Assembly (NCBI GenBank): GCA_964531275.1
Contig: CAZHDZ010000004.1
Span: 73,887 to 137,886 of the forward strand
Reading direction: 5' to 3'
Length of the DNA stretch: 64,000 bases
Source of the DNA: an uncultured Gammaproteobacteria bacterium
GTDB lineage: Bacteria > Patescibacteriota > Microgenomatia > Levybacterales > GWA1-39-11
Each line of letters opens with the position of its first letter. Positions within the stretch are counted from its first letter, which is position 1. The notes under the pieces were generated by a model that was not told the DNA's origin, made no database searches, and saw only the letters and a program-made list of their open reading frames with translations. Below are positions 30,042 to 40,211 of this stretch, one piece after another. Made by a program: the position numbers and the translations under genes.

Positions 30042-30739
30042 GCAAATTTATAGAAACATTTGGAAACCAACCTGTACTACTTCCAGTAATTCACGTAGTA
30101 AGTGAAAGACAAGCTCTGGAAAATGCACGAATTCTTTCGCAAGAAAATGTTAGAGGAAGCTTTCTTATAAGTATGGATGGGATGCCCAACAGCAAACTTT
30201 TAGAAATACACAGCAGAGTAAAGAGTGAATACCCAAAACTATGGCTGGGCATAAATTTGCTTACCACCCCAATAAAAAGAGTTTTTGAAAAAATTGATGA
30301 CCGAGTCGATGGAGTATGGACAGATAATGCAATGATTCACGAAGGATCACAAGGACAAGAAGACGCTCAGGAAATTGCTGAAGCACGCATCAAAAGCGGC
30401 TGGGAGGGATTATACTTTGGAGGAGTTGCTTTCAAGGGCCAGAGGAAAGTAGACAATCCTGCAAGAGCTGCAATGATAGCGGGTGAATATATGGATGTTG
30501 TGACGACTAGTGGTGAAAGAACCGGGAAACCCCCAGAAGTTACTAAAATATCCGATATGAAAAACGCTATTGGAAATACACCTTTAGGAATAGCGAGCGG
30601 AATCTCGATTGACAACATAAGTGACTATATTCCTATAGCTGATTGCTTCCTGGTAGCTTCAAGTATGCTTCAACCTGGGACTGATAATTTTGATAGAGGT
30701 AAAGTTAGGGATCTACAAGGACTCTTTACACTTCGATAA
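30038..30739 (+). CDS. BtpA/SgcQ family TIM-barrel protein
   Basis: LPVIHV, GINLL, GGVAFK, TSG.RTG, IASG, FLVAS; ATGA-coupled to the kinase. Confidence 0.75.
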   Translation: MSKFIETFGNQPVLLPVIHVVSERQALENARILSQENVRGSFLISMDGMPNSKLLEIHSRVKSEYPKLWLGINLLTTPIKRVFEKIDDRVDGVWTDNAMIHEGSQGQEDAQEIAEARIKSGWEGLYFGGVAFKGQRKVDNPARAAMIAGEYMDVVTTSGERTGKPPEVTKISDMKNAIGNTPLGIASGISIDNISDYIPIADCFLVASSMLQPGTDNFDRGKVRDLQGLFTLR

Positions 30740-32420
30740 CAATGGGGATGACAAGAGGCTCTCTTTTCATTCTATAAAGCAGATTCTCGCTCGTTCTTTG
30801 GATTATCTTTCTATATACTCCCATATTATTACTTTTTGGAGATTTTTGACTGAGCTCAAGAAGCAGTTCTTCATTGAGCTGCTTTACAAATCCATCTTTT
30901 TCAGGGAATACAAATCCTCGAGCTATAATATCGGGCTTTGACACAACTTTTCCAGTCTCTCCCTCAATTTCAACAACCACTATCATAATTCCCTCCTCAG
31001 ATATTTTCTGGCGATCCACAAGAATAAATTTCTCCATTTCCTCACCGGTTATTTGATCGACATATACAGTGGCCAATGGAATTTTTGCACCATAGCGAAA
31101 AGCTGTTTTTGTAAAAATGACTTCCTGCCCATACTCTGGAAGTACAACGTCTTGGTCACGCATTCCAAGATCCTTCATAAGCCCTCTAAATGCGACCATG
31201 TGTCTATAATTTCCTCCGATCGGAAAAGCAAATCTAGGATAGGTAAGAGTTGCAAGAAGCTTTATGTCATTTTGAGAACCGTGTCCTGATACGTGAAATT
31301 CATCTGACATATCTGAATGGATAACACGTGCTCCTTTTTTAGCAATAGTGTCAATTAACTTATAAATATTTACTTCATTTCCCGGGATTGGATCTGCCGA
31401 GAAAATAACAGTATCGTTTTTATCTATTCGCAACGCTTTATCATTGTCATTAGCAACTCTAACGAGTGCTGATTCTTCTTGAGCTTGGCTTCCAGGAATC
31501 AAGATCATAACCTTTGAAGGGTCCATAGACATCACCTGCTGGGGTTTTACTTCCATATTTGCTGGAAGCTTTACGTATCCAAGTTGTCGACCGATATCTC
31601 GAGCTTTTATAAAAGATCTTCCCATAAAACATACTTTTCTATTAAATTTAAGTGCTCCTTCGATTGCCTGATTCATACGAGAAATATTTGAAGAGTAGGT
31701 ACTTACGAATACTCTGCCTTTTGTACGTCTAAATTCTGCTTCAAAGCTATCTGAAATCTTTCTTTCAGACTTTGAGTGACCCTCACGCTCAGCACCGAGA
31801 CAATCAGAAAGCATACAAAGAACTCCTTCTGTCCCAGTTGCAGCGATTCCATGTACATCTGAGGGCTTGCCGTCAGGAGGTGTTAGATCAAATTTATAAT
31901 CACTTCCATGATAAAAATTACCGACTGGTGTTTTTATAAATATATTAGAGGTATCCATTACGCTATGAGTTATATGAAGGAATCTGACCATAAAAGATCC
32001 CAATTTAAAGTCTTTCTTAAATTTAACCTCTACTACCCTTTGACTCAATCCAAAATCCTTTAATTTCTCGTTAGTAAATGCTGTAGTAAGAGGCGTTGCA
32101 TATATAGGAAAATCTGGCAATTGACCTATTACAAACGGTACACCACCAATATGATCTTCATGTCCATGTGTCAGAAGCAATCCAACGATTTTTTTACCTT
32201 GAGTAAGGAGCTTCTTAAGGTGGGTTATGTCGGGAATTAAAAAGTCTACTCCTGGGGTGCTTGCATCAGGAAAACCCATTCCACAATCAACAATAAGAAT
32301 GTCATTACCATAAATATATAGGTACATATTCTTGGTAACTGATCCTATTCCGCCAAGAGGAAGTATCGTTACAGAACTCTGGGGCATTGGGGGTGGCGTT
32401 ACTATAGTACTACTATCCAT
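30726..32420 (-). CDS. rnj: ribonuclease J
   Basis: PLGG, THGHEDHIG, HS, D(Y)KFD, HVSGH. Confidence 0.96.
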   Translation of the reverse strand: MDSSTIVTPPPMPQSSVTILPLGGIGSVTKNMYLYIYGNDILIVDCGMGFPDASTPGVDFLIPDITHLKKLLTQGKKIVGLLLTHGHEDHIGGVPFVIGQLPDFPIYATPLTTAFTNEKLKDFGLSQRVVEVKFKKDFKLGSFMVRFLHITHSVMDTSNIFIKTPVGNFYHGSDYKFDLTPPDGKPSDVHGIAATGTEGVLCMLSDCLGAEREGHSKSERKISDSFEAEFRRTKGRVFVSTYSSNISRMNQAIEGALKFNRKVCFMGRSFIKARDIGRQLGYVKLPANMEVKPQQVMSMDPSKVMILIPGSQAQEESALVRVANDNDKALRIDKNDTVIFSADPIPGNEVNIYKLIDTIAKKGARVIHSDMSDEFHVSGHGSQNDIKLLATLTYPRFAFPIGGNYRHMVAFRGLMKDLGMRDQDVVLPEYGQEVIFTKTAFRYGAKIPLATVYVDQITGEEMEKFILVDRQKISEEGIMIVVVEIEGETGKVVSKPDIIARGFVFPEKDGFVKQLNEELLLELSQKSPKSNNMGVYRKIIQRTSENLLYRMKREPLVIPIVIEV

Positions 32421-32477
32421 TGATGCTTAATTATAACCTAATTAGATCAAAACTTATACTTGTATTGGAGCTCGTCC

Positions 32478-33560
32478 CTAGATACTTATGAAGCTTTTTA
32501 CGTTACTATTATTGATGATGAATTTCTGACCGTGAGGAATTTTTCCAAGCATCATGTAATAGACGGTCTTCCTAACAATTCCCTGTATTAGCCTTTGGAG
32601 TCCACGAATTCCTGGATCATATCCAAGAGGTCTTACTAATGCTTCCGGCCATACTTCATCTGCAATTTCAAATTCAGCAGGAGTAAGACCCGAATCCCTC
32701 AACACCTTAGGGAGAACATATGTTTTTCCAATAACAATTTTCTCATCATCCGTATATGAAGGCATCTGTATAATCTCAAGCCTGTCAACAACAGCGGTAG
32801 AGATATCTTTCGTATTATTGCTGGTTGCGATAAATAATACCTGAGACAGATCAACTGGAAAATCAATAAAGTGATCTGTAAATGCTTTATTTTGCAATGG
32901 ATCAAGAAGCTCTACAAGCACACCCATTATGTCTGATCTTGATTCTTCACTAACCCTATCAATTTCATCAAGAAGAATAACTGGATTTGAAGTACCCGCA
33001 CGTCTCAAGGCCTTGATCACAAAGCCGGGCTCACTATCAGAATACAACCTCGATTTTCCTCTTAATTGTGCTGCACTTCCCATGCCACCAAATGGAATTC
33101 TTTCTATTTTTCTTCCTAAAGCCTCTGCAATTGAGTATGCAATAGTTGTTTTACCAACTCCAGCAAGACCAACCAAAGACAATATTGGAGCACGCGCAAT
33201 GATATCTGACCCTGCTTGACCAGCTCGCGCTTTTGTCAAAATCATAATCGACAAAAATTCCAAAATCTGTTCTTTTACAACCTCAAGACCATAATGGTTG
33301 TGATCAAGAATTTGCTTTGCATGATTAAGGTCTAATATATCCTCTGATACCTTCCCCCACGGAATAGCTGTAATCCAGGTAATGTATCGAGAGATAGTAT
33401 CGTATTCTGTGTAAAAAGAAGGTTGATCTTTAACAACCCTAAGCCTTGCAACCATTGCGCGAGCAGAAAGATTTAGGTCCTCGGGAAGCTTTGCATTTGC
33501 AATAAGAGCATCTAATTTTGCGATTTGGCCAGCGGCATCCGGCGTTGGGGCAGTATCCAT
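32478..33560 (-). CDS. Lon-type AAA+ ATPase lacking the N and protease domains
   Basis: HYGLE.VKEQILE, GLAGVGKT, NPVILLDEIDR, LLDP.QN..F.DHFID; ends after the AAA lid. Confidence 0.88.
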   Translation of the reverse strand: MDTAPTPDAAGQIAKLDALIANAKLPEDLNLSARAMVARLRVVKDQPSFYTEYDTISRYITWITAIPWGKVSEDILDLNHAKQILDHNHYGLEVVKEQILEFLSIMILTKARAGQAGSDIIARAPILSLVGLAGVGKTTIAYSIAEALGRKIERIPFGGMGSAAQLRGKSRLYSDSEPGFVIKALRRAGTSNPVILLDEIDRVSEESRSDIMGVLVELLDPLQNKAFTDHFIDFPVDLSQVLFIATSNNTKDISTAVVDRLEIIQMPSYTDDEKIVIGKTYVLPKVLRDSGLTPAEFEIADEVWPEALVRPLGYDPGIRGLQRLIQGIVRKTVYYMMLGKIPHGQKFIINNSNVKSFISI

Positions 33561-33601
33561 ACTTTTAGTATAGCAAAATTAGGGTATAATAAGGCCACTG
33601 C

Positions 33602-34411
33602 ATGGTACTTCCCATCATTACCTCTGCCCCTCATGACGCAGACAGCTTCGGTCCTTTCTCTTCTCGTGTGAAATTAAGTCCATGGCAACTAGGTGAGTTT
33701 TCAGACAAATACACTGCTGTTACTGCATATAATCACAACGCTATAGGAAATTTAAAATCCATAGTATCAAGAGGACTTGGAAGTCTTAATCAGCCACGAG
33801 ATCTATCACTTTTTAAATTAAAAGATTTTCATGGAAATACAATTTGGAAAGATGAGGCAGAACTTTCCGAGAAAGAAAAAAAGGAATGCTTTGAAAAATA
33901 TCATGATCGCTATCACAATGATATTGAACGACTCATTAAAAGATCCAAAACTCTCGGCTTTGACAAAGTCATTTTATGGGATCATCATGATACCGGAGAT
34001 TTTGACGAGAAGACGCAAAAAAGAGATAGAAAATTGCCTGGTGAAGAAAGAACCATGCCAAAATTCATTCTTTCAAATTTTGGAATGCAGCATACAGGAG
34101 AACTGAATCCAGAGAATGAATTCACATCATGCCCACCAGAATTTATTCAGCAAGTTCAAGACTATATGGCATATGAATTTGATTTACCCCACTCTGAGGT
34201 TGAGATAAATACCTCTTACAAAGGTGGTCACATAATACAAACCTATGGAAATCCTAAAAATGACTTTGGGAATACAGTTGTTGGAATTCAGATCGAATAC
34301 AATAGAGGATTTATCATGGATCAGCGCACAAGATTACCGTATAAAGATAAATTAAAAGAATTCAATGAAAAATTTAATCGGGTAATGGAAAAGGCTTGTG
34401 GACTAATCTAG
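33602..34411 (+). CDS. N-formylglutamate amidohydrolase family
   Basis: SAPH, YH.RYH, WDHH, N..YKGG.I, IQIEYNR. Confidence 0.8.
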   Translation: MVLPIITSAPHDADSFGPFSSRVKLSPWQLGEFSDKYTAVTAYNHNAIGNLKSIVSRGLGSLNQPRDLSLFKLKDFHGNTIWKDEAELSEKEKKECFEKYHDRYHNDIERLIKRSKTLGFDKVILWDHHDTGDFDEKTQKRDRKLPGEERTMPKFILSNFGMQHTGELNPENEFTSCPPEFIQQVQDYMAYEFDLPHSEVEINTSYKGGHIIQTYGNPKNDFGNTVVGIQIEYNRGFIMDQRTRLPYKDKLKEFNEKFNRVMEKACGLI

Positions 34412-34418
34412 GATAGGC

Positions 34419-36845
34419 TTAACTTCTCCAATCGTCGCGCTTGCCGCCTTCGTAAGTTGGCTTTTTATCTACGCTACTTGTACGTCTTGCACCAAAACTT
34501 CTTCCGCCAGCTGGTCTACTAGAACCGCTTCTCGATCCACCAAATCCTCCACCAGAGCTTCTTCCTCCACCGCTAAAATCTCTTCTAGGTCCACCTGATC
34601 CACCTCTTGAGCCACCATATCCTCCGCCACTTCTTGGGGGTCCTCCACGGAATCCTCCACCTGAGCGTCCTCCACGATCTCCGCCTCTGTCTCCTCCACG
34701 GTCACCATTTCCTTCGCTTCCTTCAGGTCTCTTTGATGGTTTATCTGCATCTTCTCCAAATTTCATAGAAAGGTTAAGTCTGCCCATATCATCAATTTCC
34801 TTAACTCTAACTTTAACTTTTTGATCAAGAGCAACTACGTCTGCTGGATCTTGAACGTAATCTGTAGACATTTCAGATACATGAACAAGCCCTTCTTTGC
34901 CTGGTAGAATTTCAACAAAAGCTCCGAAGTTCATCATTCTCTTAACTGTTCCTTCATATTCCTCTCCTGGTTTTACTTCGTGAGTAAGACCTTCTATCCA
35001 TTCGACAGCTTTTCTAACTGCTTCCTCATCAACAGCTGAAATAGATACGCTTCCATCATCTTCTACATCAACTTGAGCTCCAGTTGAAGCAATAATGCTC
35101 TTTATCATTTTTCCGCCAGGTCCGATTAATCCACCGATCTTTTCAGGATCAATCTTAACCATCTTAATCTTTGGCGCAAATTCACTAACGTCTTTTCTTG
35201 ATTCAGAAATCGCCTTCATCATGACCTTTAGGATTTCAAGTCTAGCCTTTTTAGCTCGCTCAAATACTTCTGCAATCATGTCGTCAGTAAGCGCATCCTT
35301 CTTAACGTCCAATTGGATTGCTGTAATTCCGTCTTTTGTACCTGCAACTTTAAAATCCATGTCGCCTGCAAAATCTTCAAGACCGATAATATCAGTAAGT
35401 ATTTTGTACTTATCATCCAATGTCATAAGTCCGATCGCAATACCCGCAACTGGATTTGTTATAGGAACACCAGCATCCATAAGAGCAAGTGTTGATCCAC
35501 AAGCAGATGCCATAGAGGTTGATCCATTGGATGAAAGAACTTCTGACACAACTCTTATTGCATAAGGAAATACATCAAGAGGAGGAAGAACAGCTTGAAT
35601 TGCACGTTCTGCAAGTGCTCCATGACCAATTTCACGTCTATTTGGGCTTCCGATTCTTCCTGTCTCACCAACTGAGAATGGAGGGAATGTGTAATGATGC
35701 ATGTATCTGTGAGTTTCTTCACCGTCTAGAGTCTCTACGAGCTGGCTAAATGAAGATGCAGCAAGAGTTGCAATTGAAAGTACTTGTGTCTGACCTCTTG
35801 AGAAAAGAGCTGATCCATGGACTCTTGGAATGTATCCAACAGACGAGGTGATATCTCTTACTTCATCAATCTTACGTCCATCAAATCTCTTCTCTTTTTC
35901 AACGATATTTTCTCGGATTATTTTTTTGAAAACATAATCAACAGCTTCAAATATCTTCTTTTTGTCAATTGTTTCTCCCTCTTTCTTTCCTTTTGCCTCA
36001 GCCTCTGCAATAACTTCAACAATTTTTTGAAGATCTCCTGATACATTTTCTCCCAATTCACCTTCAAGAACGTCAACTATATTTTTCTTGTAAGTTTTTT
36101 CTACTAGTGTTACATAATCAGCCTTTGCTTCATCTTTAACCAAGTCGATTTTAGCAACTCCAATTTCTTTTGTTACCTCATTTATAAATTCAACAATCTT
36201 GCTTCCCCACTCTCTTGCCATTGTTACAGCACTTAAAGCAACATCTTCTGGAGTTTGTAGTGCTCCAGCCTCAACCATAAGAGTATGCCCGGTTGAGCTA
36301 GCAGTTAGAACCAAGTCAAGCGAAAGTTGATTTGCAACGTCTGGATTAGTTACCGGGGTATTTTTTTCGTCAGCTGCAAGAACTCCTACGCGCATTGCGC
36401 CAACTGGTCCGTTCCATGGAATCTTTGAGAATGAAAGTGCTGCGCTAACAGCATTAATAGCGAGAATATCAGGATCATTTACTCCATCAACAGACAGAAC
36501 GTTGACAATAACCTGGACATCTTTCTTCAGTTCTTTTGGAAATAGGGGTCGGATTGATCGGTCAATAAGTCTTCCTGTAAGAACAGCTTCGTCTGTTGGA
36601 CGTCCTTCTCTCTTAACCCATCGAGACCCTTTTATCTTTCCGCCTGCATATAAATGCTCTACGTAATCAACTGATAAAGGGAAGTAATCAAGAGTTGTAT
36701 CATTTCGACCCATGCTAACTGTTGCAAGAAGAGTAGTGTCTCCCATTCGGGCAAATACACTTGAAGTAGCAAGCTGTGCTAGCTCACCCATTTCAAAGGT
36801 CATTGTTTTACCGTTTACGTCAAACGATTTAGAAATTTTTTTCAT
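34419..36845 (-). CDS. pnp: polynucleotide phosphorylase with RGG-rich tail
   Basis: RLIDRSIRPLFP, RREIGHG, SNGSTSMAS, GDMDFKVAGT, KH and S1 domains. Confidence 0.98.
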   Translation of the reverse strand: MKKISKSFDVNGKTMTFEMGELAQLATSSVFARMGDTTLLATVSMGRNDTTLDYFPLSVDYVEHLYAGGKIKGSRWVKREGRPTDEAVLTGRLIDRSIRPLFPKELKKDVQVIVNVLSVDGVNDPDILAINAVSAALSFSKIPWNGPVGAMRVGVLAADEKNTPVTNPDVANQLSLDLVLTASSTGHTLMVEAGALQTPEDVALSAVTMAREWGSKIVEFINEVTKEIGVAKIDLVKDEAKADYVTLVEKTYKKNIVDVLEGELGENVSGDLQKIVEVIAEAEAKGKKEGETIDKKKIFEAVDYVFKKIIRENIVEKEKRFDGRKIDEVRDITSSVGYIPRVHGSALFSRGQTQVLSIATLAASSFSQLVETLDGEETHRYMHHYTFPPFSVGETGRIGSPNRREIGHGALAERAIQAVLPPLDVFPYAIRVVSEVLSSNGSTSMASACGSTLALMDAGVPITNPVAGIAIGLMTLDDKYKILTDIIGLEDFAGDMDFKVAGTKDGITAIQLDVKKDALTDDMIAEVFERAKKARLEILKVMMKAISESRKDVSEFAPKIKMVKIDPEKIGGLIGPGGKMIKSIIASTGAQVDVEDDGSVSISAVDEEAVRKAVEWIEGLTHEVKPGEEYEGTVKRMMNFGAFVEILPGKEGLVHVSEMSTDYVQDPADVVALDQKVKVRVKEIDDMGRLNLSMKFGEDADKPSKRPEGSEGNGDRGGDRGGDRGGRSGGGFRGGPPRSGGGYGGSRGGSGGPRRDFSGGGRSSGGGFGGSRSGSSRPAGGRSFGARRTSSVDKKPTYEGGKRDDWRS

Positions 36846-36953
36846 TTATTTTTTTTATTCTTACCCCCCAACAACAAACAAGTAATTGTGGATTTATATT
36901 TCTTTACTTTGCGAGGTCAACATTCTTCGTTTCCGAAGTAAAGCAAGCTTCGC

Positions 36954-37223
36954 TTATTTTGCGAGGCCGACTTTTTTTCCTATGCCTTCAGCACGGTTTT
37001 TGTCAACTTTTACAAGGAAATTAAAAAGTCTTCTTCTCTTTGATAACATATTTAAAAGTCCGCGTCTACTGTGAAAGTCTTTTTGATGAATTTTCAAGTG
37101 ATCTGTCAATTTTGTAATCTTGTGAGTAAGTAATGCAATCTGCACTTCAGGAGATCCTGTGTCCCCTTCAATGACTGCATTGTCTTTAATAATAACTGTT
37201 TTTTCGTCGGTTGTTAACGGCAT
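36954..37223 (-). CDS. rpsO: 30S ribosomal protein S15
   Basis: DTGSPEVQIALLT, HLKIH.KDFHSRRGL; start moved to the ATG at 37223. Confidence 0.98.
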   Translation of the reverse strand: MPLTTDEKTVIIKDNAVIEGDTGSPEVQIALLTHKITKLTDHLKIHQKDFHSRRGLLNMLSKRRRLFNFLVKVDKNRAEGIGKKVGLAK

Positions 37224-37259
37224 GACAAGTATTTTAACAAATATGAACCTGGAATACAA

Positions 37260-38678
37260 CTAATTGTTGTTCTTGGAGCTTTTGAAGACTTTTGGCATCA
37301 ACCAATCATCAGGTACTTCACTTGGAGAAGGGGTGTTATATTGTCCTTCTTCAGGCATTTGATCATCACGCAATGGGGCACTCATCATTGGCTCATTTAT
37401 GTTCATCGTAGGTTCATTTACGACCTGCGCGTCCTGAATTTGAGGTTCTTGATATTGATCTTCAAATTGCATTGGTTCTTGTACGGGCTGTTGATTTATC
37501 ATAGGCATTTGATTATTCACTTGCTCTTGAATTTGATTATTTACTGGTCTATTTTGGGTCTGCCTGTTCTGATTAAATTGTTGACCCCCACCAGAACGAC
37601 GAGCATTTTCATCATTAATTTTTCTCAAAAGCTCTTCTATGTCTCTTGAATTTTGCCCAAACTGTTGCTGAGGTCTTTGTTGTTGCGGCTGTTGCTGTTG
37701 CGGTTGCTGAGTAGGTCTATTTTGATTAAATTGCTGTTGAGGTCTTTGTTGTTGTGGCTGTGGTCTTTGACCAGAATTATGTCTTGGTTGTTGATTTCGA
37801 TTTTGCATATGCATTGCAGGAAAATCGTTGTCTGCTACGCGAGATTGCTGTCTATTTTGATTATGAGCAGGCCTATCCTGTTGTCTTCTGTCTTGTTGCA
37901 TTCCACCTTGAGGCTGAGCTACTTCACCCTTTCTTTGTGCTCCTACATACATAGCAGCAGATGCAGCTTCAAAGGCAAGAGGGGAAGTGTTTGGTTTTGT
38001 AAAGTTTCTCGTAGCAAATAGCACTCCGTCCAATATGTTTTGAGCTGAATCAACCTCCGCTGGCAAAGCAAGGTCTTTAATAATTTTTCCTACAATTTCA
38101 GAAAGCGAAGAAAAACTCTCATCGACAATAACAACGTCTCCAAATCGGCTATTACCTGAGAAGTTATCAATATTTACAATTTTTACACTACTAGTGTCTG
38201 TAATTTGAGAAATTTCATCAATTGTCCCAACACCAACAGCAATAAGAGCAGCAGGAGCACCCCCATCCCAAATTAGTCTTACGTCTTTTAGGTCAAAAGG
38301 CGTAATGCTTTTTCCAGGAGCAGCTGTCAAGTGAAAATTTATATTTGTTGGATTTTGAGGATCTGGATGCTCGGTGAAAAGAACTTTCTCAACCTCACCT
38401 TTGATATAGGGAAGAGATATGACTAATTTTGAATTATTTCCAGCAACAAAACCTTCTTTAACCTTATCAATTCCCACAAGCCCACTAACCTCAACAGTTG
38501 GAGATTTTTTAGATACAATCTGAATTTTTTTCCCGGCTTGAGTAAGAGTAAGATACAAACTTAAAGCGGCAGCATATGTATCAAGATTTTGATGTGAACC
38601 AATAACAATACCAAGGTCGTTTTGTTGTCCCAAAAACTCCTTTAGAAGTCCTATTTCCTGCGCAATTGACGGGTTCAT
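37260..38678 (-). CDS. degenerate DHH/NrnA-like protein with Q/N-rich disordered tail
   Basis: Position after infB; NID..GN.RFG, S.SEIV, L.G...AT.NF; catalytic DHH replaced by DNF. Confidence 0.7.
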   Translation of the reverse strand: MNPSIAQEIGLLKEFLGQQNDLGIVIGSHQNLDTYAAALSLYLTLTQAGKKIQIVSKKSPTVEVSGLVGIDKVKEGFVAGNNSKLVISLPYIKGEVEKVLFTEHPDPQNPTNINFHLTAAPGKSITPFDLKDVRLIWDGGAPAALIAVGVGTIDEISQITDTSSVKIVNIDNFSGNSRFGDVVIVDESFSSLSEIVGKIIKDLALPAEVDSAQNILDGVLFATRNFTKPNTSPLAFEAASAAMYVGAQRKGEVAQPQGGMQQDRRQQDRPAHNQNRQQSRVADNDFPAMHMQNRNQQPRHNSGQRPQPQQQRPQQQFNQNRPTQQPQQQQPQQQRPQQQFGQNSRDIEELLRKINDENARRSGGGQQFNQNRQTQNRPVNNQIQEQVNNQMPMINQQPVQEPMQFEDQYQEPQIQDAQVVNEPTMNINEPMMSAPLRDDQMPEEGQYNTPSPSEVPDDWLMPKVFKSSKNNN

Positions 38679-38726
38679 ATTTAATAAACTACAGGCCTAT
38701 ATTAAAGCTAATGCGATAAGTGCCAG

Positions 38727-40187
38727 CTAGTTATAGGATATTATCATATCACCTATAGTAAAGTCAACTTTTGGATCTATCATTATCCCACATTCATTCC
38801 CTTTACCAATTTCTTTTGCGTCTTTTTTTCCCTGTTTTAGTGAACTAATGCTACTTTCGGCAGATTCAACTTCACCTTTTTTAATAATAATCTTATCTCC
38901 TACAGCAAGTCTTCCCTCCGTTATTCTCACTCCTAGTATCTGGCCTTCGTTACCCTCAAATGTTGCTAAAATTTGAGCCTTTCCAAAAATCTTCCTTTGA
39001 GCACGTTCTTGAAGGAGTGCTGAAGCATCAGCAAGCTCATCTAATAGATTATAAATAATGTCATATGTGCGATAGAACGTATTATTAGATTCAGCCAAAA
39101 CCTTCGCTTGTTTTTCAATATCAACATTAAATCCAACAACGATTGCACTAAAGTCTCTTGACATAAGAATATCCGAAACCGAAATCTCTCCTCTACCCTC
39201 GAAGATGACCTGAATATCTGATGGAAGTGCAGCGCTAATAGCTTCAAATTCTCCGCTCGTTTGGGTTTTTATTATTACTGGCAATTTCTCTTCTGGCTTA
39301 CCTTTTTTCAGCATAGCTAAGAAATCAGCACCTACTTTTCTTTCAACTTGTGATGCAGCAACTGTTTCGGTTGCACTCACTGTATTTATAACACTACCTG
39401 CTGGAAGCACTTCAGTTAACCCCAATAGCTCAATAGCATCGCCTGGCAATGCTTCCTTTACTTGCTTTCCCATACTATCTATAAGAGCTCTTATTTTCCC
39501 CACCTCTTTAGCTTTCGTGAATACTTTATCTCCAACCGATATCGTTCCGTCCTTTACTATTAGTGAAGCCAAAATTCCTCTCCTTTTATCAAGTTTTGCT
39601 TCAATCACCACACCCGTAAAGGGAAGGGAAGCATCTTTTTTAGCTTCAGAAAAGTCATATACAATAACAATAAGATCTAAAAGGTCGGGTATTTTGTCTC
39701 CTGTTTTTGCACTAACGGCAATAAAAGGAACGTCTCCACCAAGTCCTTCTAAAAGAACGCCTTCTGATGCTAATTGCTGTTTTATTTTTTCAATATTTGC
39801 TCCGGGAGCATCTGCTTTAGTAAAGACAACAATAAATGGTAATTTTGAAGCTAGAATTTTCTCAATAGACTCTTTTGTTTGAGGCTTGATGCCATCATCA
39901 GAAGCAACGACTAGAAGTACAATGTCAGCGGCTGATACTCCGTGGGAGCGCATATTCGAAAATGCTTCATGACCTGGAGTATCTATAAAAGTTATATATC
40001 TCTTTTGCCCATCGTGGACAATTTCAATCTTGGATGCACCAATTGCTTGAGTAATACCTCCAGCCTCACCAGAAGCAATATTACTTTTTCTGAAAGAATC
40101 GAGCAATGTTGTCTTACCATGATCTACATGGCCAAGAACTGAAACTACAGGAGGATAGGGTATGTGTTGTGCAATATTTTTTTCCAT
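38727..40187 (-). CDS. infB: translation initiation factor IF-2 (short form)
   Basis: GHVDHGKTT, GGITQ.IGA, DTPGHEAF, ECGI. Confidence 0.97.
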   Translation of the reverse strand: MEKNIAQHIPYPPVVSVLGHVDHGKTTLLDSFRKSNIASGEAGGITQAIGASKIEIVHDGQKRYITFIDTPGHEAFSNMRSHGVSAADIVLLVVASDDGIKPQTKESIEKILASKLPFIVVFTKADAPGANIEKIKQQLASEGVLLEGLGGDVPFIAVSAKTGDKIPDLLDLIVIVYDFSEAKKDASLPFTGVVIEAKLDKRRGILASLIVKDGTISVGDKVFTKAKEVGKIRALIDSMGKQVKEALPGDAIELLGLTEVLPAGSVINTVSATETVAASQVERKVGADFLAMLKKGKPEEKLPVIIKTQTSGEFEAISAALPSDIQVIFEGRGEISVSDILMSRDFSAIVVGFNVDIEKQAKVLAESNNTFYRTYDIIYNLLDELADASALLQERAQRKIFGKAQILATFEGNEGQILGVRITEGRLAVGDKIIIKKGEVESAESSISSLKQGKKDAKEIGKGNECGIMIDPKVDFTIGDMIISYN

Positions 40188-40211
40188 AGGTAAGAAGTGA
40201 TAACTATCATA

